Source of the DNA: Rhizomicrobium sp.
Lineage (GTDB): Bacteria > Pseudomonadota > Alphaproteobacteria > Micropepsales > Micropepsaceae
Assembly (NCBI GenBank): GCA_035251935.1
Contig: DATFDR010000011.1
Coordinates: 21,103 to 85,102 of the forward strand
Direction: 5' to 3'
DNA: 64,000 bases
Position numbers and translations under genes: made by a program. The notes below the pieces were generated by a model, which was not told the DNA's origin, ran no database searches, and saw nothing but the letters and a program-made list of their open reading frames with translations. Shown piece by piece: positions 61,696 through 64,000 of this stretch (its first letter is position 1; the number at the start of each line of letters is the position of its first letter).

Positions 61696-63131
61696 TTTCC
61701 AACCGTGTCGCCATTCCCGGCGCGGCCAGTCAGCCCGGCGGCCTGGAAGTGGTGCTCAAAGCCACCTTGCGCAAGCATCCTTGCGTGTGGCTGGGATGGA
61801 GCGGGGACGTGCAAGCAAAGCCGCGCACCAGGACCGTTGTGCATGGCCGCAACAGCTACATCGTCACCGATCTCAAGCCCGAGGATTTCGATGAATATTA
61901 CAACGGCTTCGCCAATCGGGTGTTGTGGCCCATTTTTCACTACCGCCTGGATCTGGCGGAGTTTTCCCGCCGCGATCTGTCCGGCTATCTGCGCGTCAAT
62001 GAACATTTTGGCGACGAATTGGCCAAGGTGCTCAAGCCCGACGATATCGTCTGGGTGCATGACTATCATTTGATTCCTCTGGCCAAGGCGCTTCGGGCGC
62101 GCGGGCTGAACAACCGTATCGGCTTCTTCCTGCATATTCCGCTGCCGCCGCCGGAAATCCTCACGGCCATGCCCAATCATGAAACCTTGATCCCCTCCTT
62201 GGGCGGGTACGATTTGGTGGGATTTCAGACCGATGGTGACGCCGCCAATTTCGCGCGCTATCTGGCCAAGGAGTTGGGCACGCCCTCTCATATGTCCCTG
62301 CGGCTGGGAAGCGGCGGCCGCGTTATGCGCATCGGCACCTTTGCGGTGGGAATTGAGACCCGCGAATTCACGCGTTTGGCGCGGCGCGCGGTCAAGACCA
62401 AGTTTGTAGAGGAGGTGGTTCGTTCCGTTCCCGGAGCCTTGATGATCGGGGTGGACCGGCTGGATTATTCCAAAGGCATTACCTTGCGCTTGGAGGCCTA
62501 TGAGCGCTTCTTGGCGGCCTATCCGCAATGGCACGGCAAGATCACCTATCTGCAAATCACGCCCAAGAGCCGCAGCGCCATCAAGGAATATTCCGAAATG
62601 GAAGCGGCGGTGAACAGCGCCGCGGGGCGCATCAATGGCGCCTACAGCCAGGCAAGCTGGTCTCCGGTGCGATATGTCAATCGGCCTTACAACCGCACCG
62701 CCTTGGCCGGACTGTTTGCGGCTGCGCGGGTGGGGCTGGTGACGCCCATGCGCGATGGCATGAATCTGGTGGCCAAGGAATATATCGCCGCCCAAGACCC
62801 CGAGGACCCAGGCGTGTTGATCTTGTCGCGCTTTGCTGGGGCGGCGGATGAATGCCGCGCCGCTTTGCTGGTCAATCCCTATGATCCGGATGCGGTGGGG
62901 GCCGCGATCGCCCTGGCCGTGGCGATGCCCAAGGAAGAACGCAAAAAGCGGCACGCCGCGCTGTATGCCGCCTTGTTGCGAAACGATATCGGCAAATGGG
63001 GCGACCGATTCTTGAAAGCTCTGGTGCAGCAGGACAAGAAAAATCCCTCCGCGGAAGCGCTCGATTTCACCGATGTCACGCTCAGCCTGCCTAAGCTTCC
63101 ACCCGGGTCGACGCCGACGACCCGGCAATAA
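61677..63131 (+). CDS. otsA: Alpha,alpha-trehalose-phosphate synthase
   Basis: (L)[11 protein letters not shown].., ..[12 protein letters not shown].., ..[12 protein letters not shown].., ..DRLDYSKG.., ..[15 protein letters not shown]... The TTG at 61677 is preferred because the track ATG at 61593 would add a non-homologous 28 aa and a 100-nt overlap. Confidence 0.85.
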   Translation: MARLFIISNRVAIPGAASQPGGLEVVLKATLRKHPCVWLGWSGDVQAKPRTRTVVHGRNSYIVTDLKPEDFDEYYNGFANRVLWPIFHYRLDLAEFSRRDLSGYLRVNEHFGDELAKVLKPDDIVWVHDYHLIPLAKALRARGLNNRIGFFLHIPLPPPEILTAMPNHETLIPSLGGYDLVGFQTDGDAANFARYLAKELGTPSHMSLRLGSGGRVMRIGTFAVGIETREFTRLARRAVKTKFVEEVVRSVPGALMIGVDRLDYSKGITLRLEAYERFLAAYPQWHGKITYLQITPKSRSAIKEYSEMEAAVNSAAGRINGAYSQASWSPVRYVNRPYNRTALAGLFAAARVGLVTPMRDGMNLVAKEYIAAQDPEDPGVLILSRFAGAADECRAALLVNPYDPDAVGAAIALAVAMPKEERKKRHAALYAALLRNDIGKWGDRFLKALVQQDKKNPSAEALDFTDVTLSLPKLPPGSTPTTRQ

Positions 63132-63178
63132 TTTCTTATTGTGGCATGGACATGGTCGCTTTGCTTTGCGAATTTGCG

Positions 63179-63343
63179 CTCGTGTCGTGGTTTCGAAGTT
63201 CGCCATATCATCGATATGGGCCTCTGAGGCGAACTTCGAAACCAAACGACACGAGATTCGATAAGTTGCTAGTGTCCTTCGATTCTGAAATTCGCCTGGA
63301 GGGCGATATAGAGATCATGCGAATTTCAGAATCGGGACACTAG
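63179..63343. repeat. Twin-hairpin composite repeat, inverted copy (B-prime then A-prime) of 19586-19748
   Basis: 63179-63255 is close to the reverse complement of unit B, and 63269-63343 is close to the reverse complement of unit A (ctagtgtccttcgattctgaaattcg...cgaatttcagaatcgggacactag). Confidence 0.9.
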
Positions 63344-63352
63344 GGAGAGACG

Positions 63353-64000
63353 ATGCCGGAATTTGCAATCGCCGATGATGGCATCACGTTGGCCTATGAG
63401 CAGCAGGGCGAAGGCCCCGCCATCGTGTTGGTTCATGGTTTCGGCTCCAGCCGGATGCAGAACTGGAAGTCCACCGGCTGGTATGGCGGATTGACCGCGG
63501 CGGGTTTTTCCATCGTCGCCATGGATTGCCGCGGCCATGGCGATAGCGGCAAGCCGCACAATGAAAAACTCTATGGCCATGACCGCATGGCGCAAGACAT
63601 CGTCGCTGTCATGGATGCTTGTGCCCTACCGCAGGCCAGGATCTTGGGCTATTCCATGGGCGGATTTATCGGTTTGCGCTTGCTGGCGGCGCATCCCGAG
63701 CGGGTGGTGAAATTGGCGATCGCAGGGGTGGGCGAAACCTATCTCCAGGACCGTATCACCGCACCCCAGGCGCGTGCCTCGTTGGCGGATGCGCTGTTGA
63801 CCGCCGATAAAGACAACATTACCGATCCCCGCGCGAAGATGTTTCGTGCCTTCGCCGACCAGCCCGGCAAGGACCGGTTCGCCTTGGCGGCCTGTATGCG
63901 GGCGATGTCGCCGCATCTTCCCTTGGAAACCCTGGCGCAACTGCGGCGGCCGATTCTGGTGGTGAATGGCGGTGAAGACGGAACCGCCGGCAGGCCCGAA
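63353..64000 (+). CDS. Alpha/beta-fold hydrolase (partial; runs off the 3-prime edge)
   Basis: Absent from the ORF track because no stop lies within the window. RBS gggagaga, then MPEFAIADDGITLAYEQQGEGPAIVLVHGFGSS.., nucleophile elbow GYSMGG. Confidence 0.75.
   Translation, partial: MPEFAIADDGITLAYEQQGEGPAIVLVHGFGSSRMQNWKSTGWYGGLTAAGFSIVAMDCRGHGDSGKPHNEKLYGHDRMAQDIVAVMDACALPQARILGYSMGGFIGLRLLAAHPERVVKLAIAGVGETYLQDRITAPQARASLADALLTADKDNITDPRAKMFRAFADQPGKDRFALAACMRAMSPHLPLETLAQLRRPILVVNGGEDGTAGRPE

Overview
High-GC, densely coding chromosomal segment of alphaproteobacterial type (my judgement from gene content, synteny and repeat style). No rRNA, CRISPR array, IS element, integrase or prophage gene was recognised. 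From 1 to 30 kb the content is core housekeeping: folP (partial), glmM, thiD, purA, a GNAT gene, folA, apbC/mrp, a DegP-like protease, serB/miaA, ilvI-ilvH-[foreign low-GC orphan]-ilvC, a GFA-family gene, purT, an orphan histidine kinase, a two-gene ABC transporter, leuA, mreBCD-mrdA-rodA and tRNA-Lys(CUU). Directly downstream of the tRNA, from 30 to 44 kb, lies an accessory block of mostly uncharacterised, envelope-targeted or haem proteins. It holds a DUF218/YdcF operon with two Cys-motif orphans; a lipoprotein patatin phospholipase with a translationally coupled mini-ORF; and a tight four-gene operon of two unknown proteins with DyP-half-like motifs, a DyP-type peroxidase and a membrane-anchored P450 with no redox partner. 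It also holds a cytochrome c fused to a putative barrel, divergent from a pentahaem cytochrome, and a secreted phytase-like esterase. From 44 to 64 kb: an MFS transporter, a NarX/NarL-type two-component pair next to pqqABCDE, maeB, gnd-zwf-pgl, GH15, a ROK glucokinase, otsB-GH15-otsA and a partial alpha/beta hydrolase. At least four families of palindromic REP/MITE-like repeats occupy intergenic gaps. The best candidates for something undescribed are (i) the patatin / DyP-half-like / DyP / P450 cluster at 33-39.5 kb and (ii) the low-GC gene with a lysine-rich tail and a TIR/deoxyribosyltransferase-like fold inserted between ilvH and ilvC. All functional calls rest on my reading of translated motifs and remembered family signatures; no database search was run.
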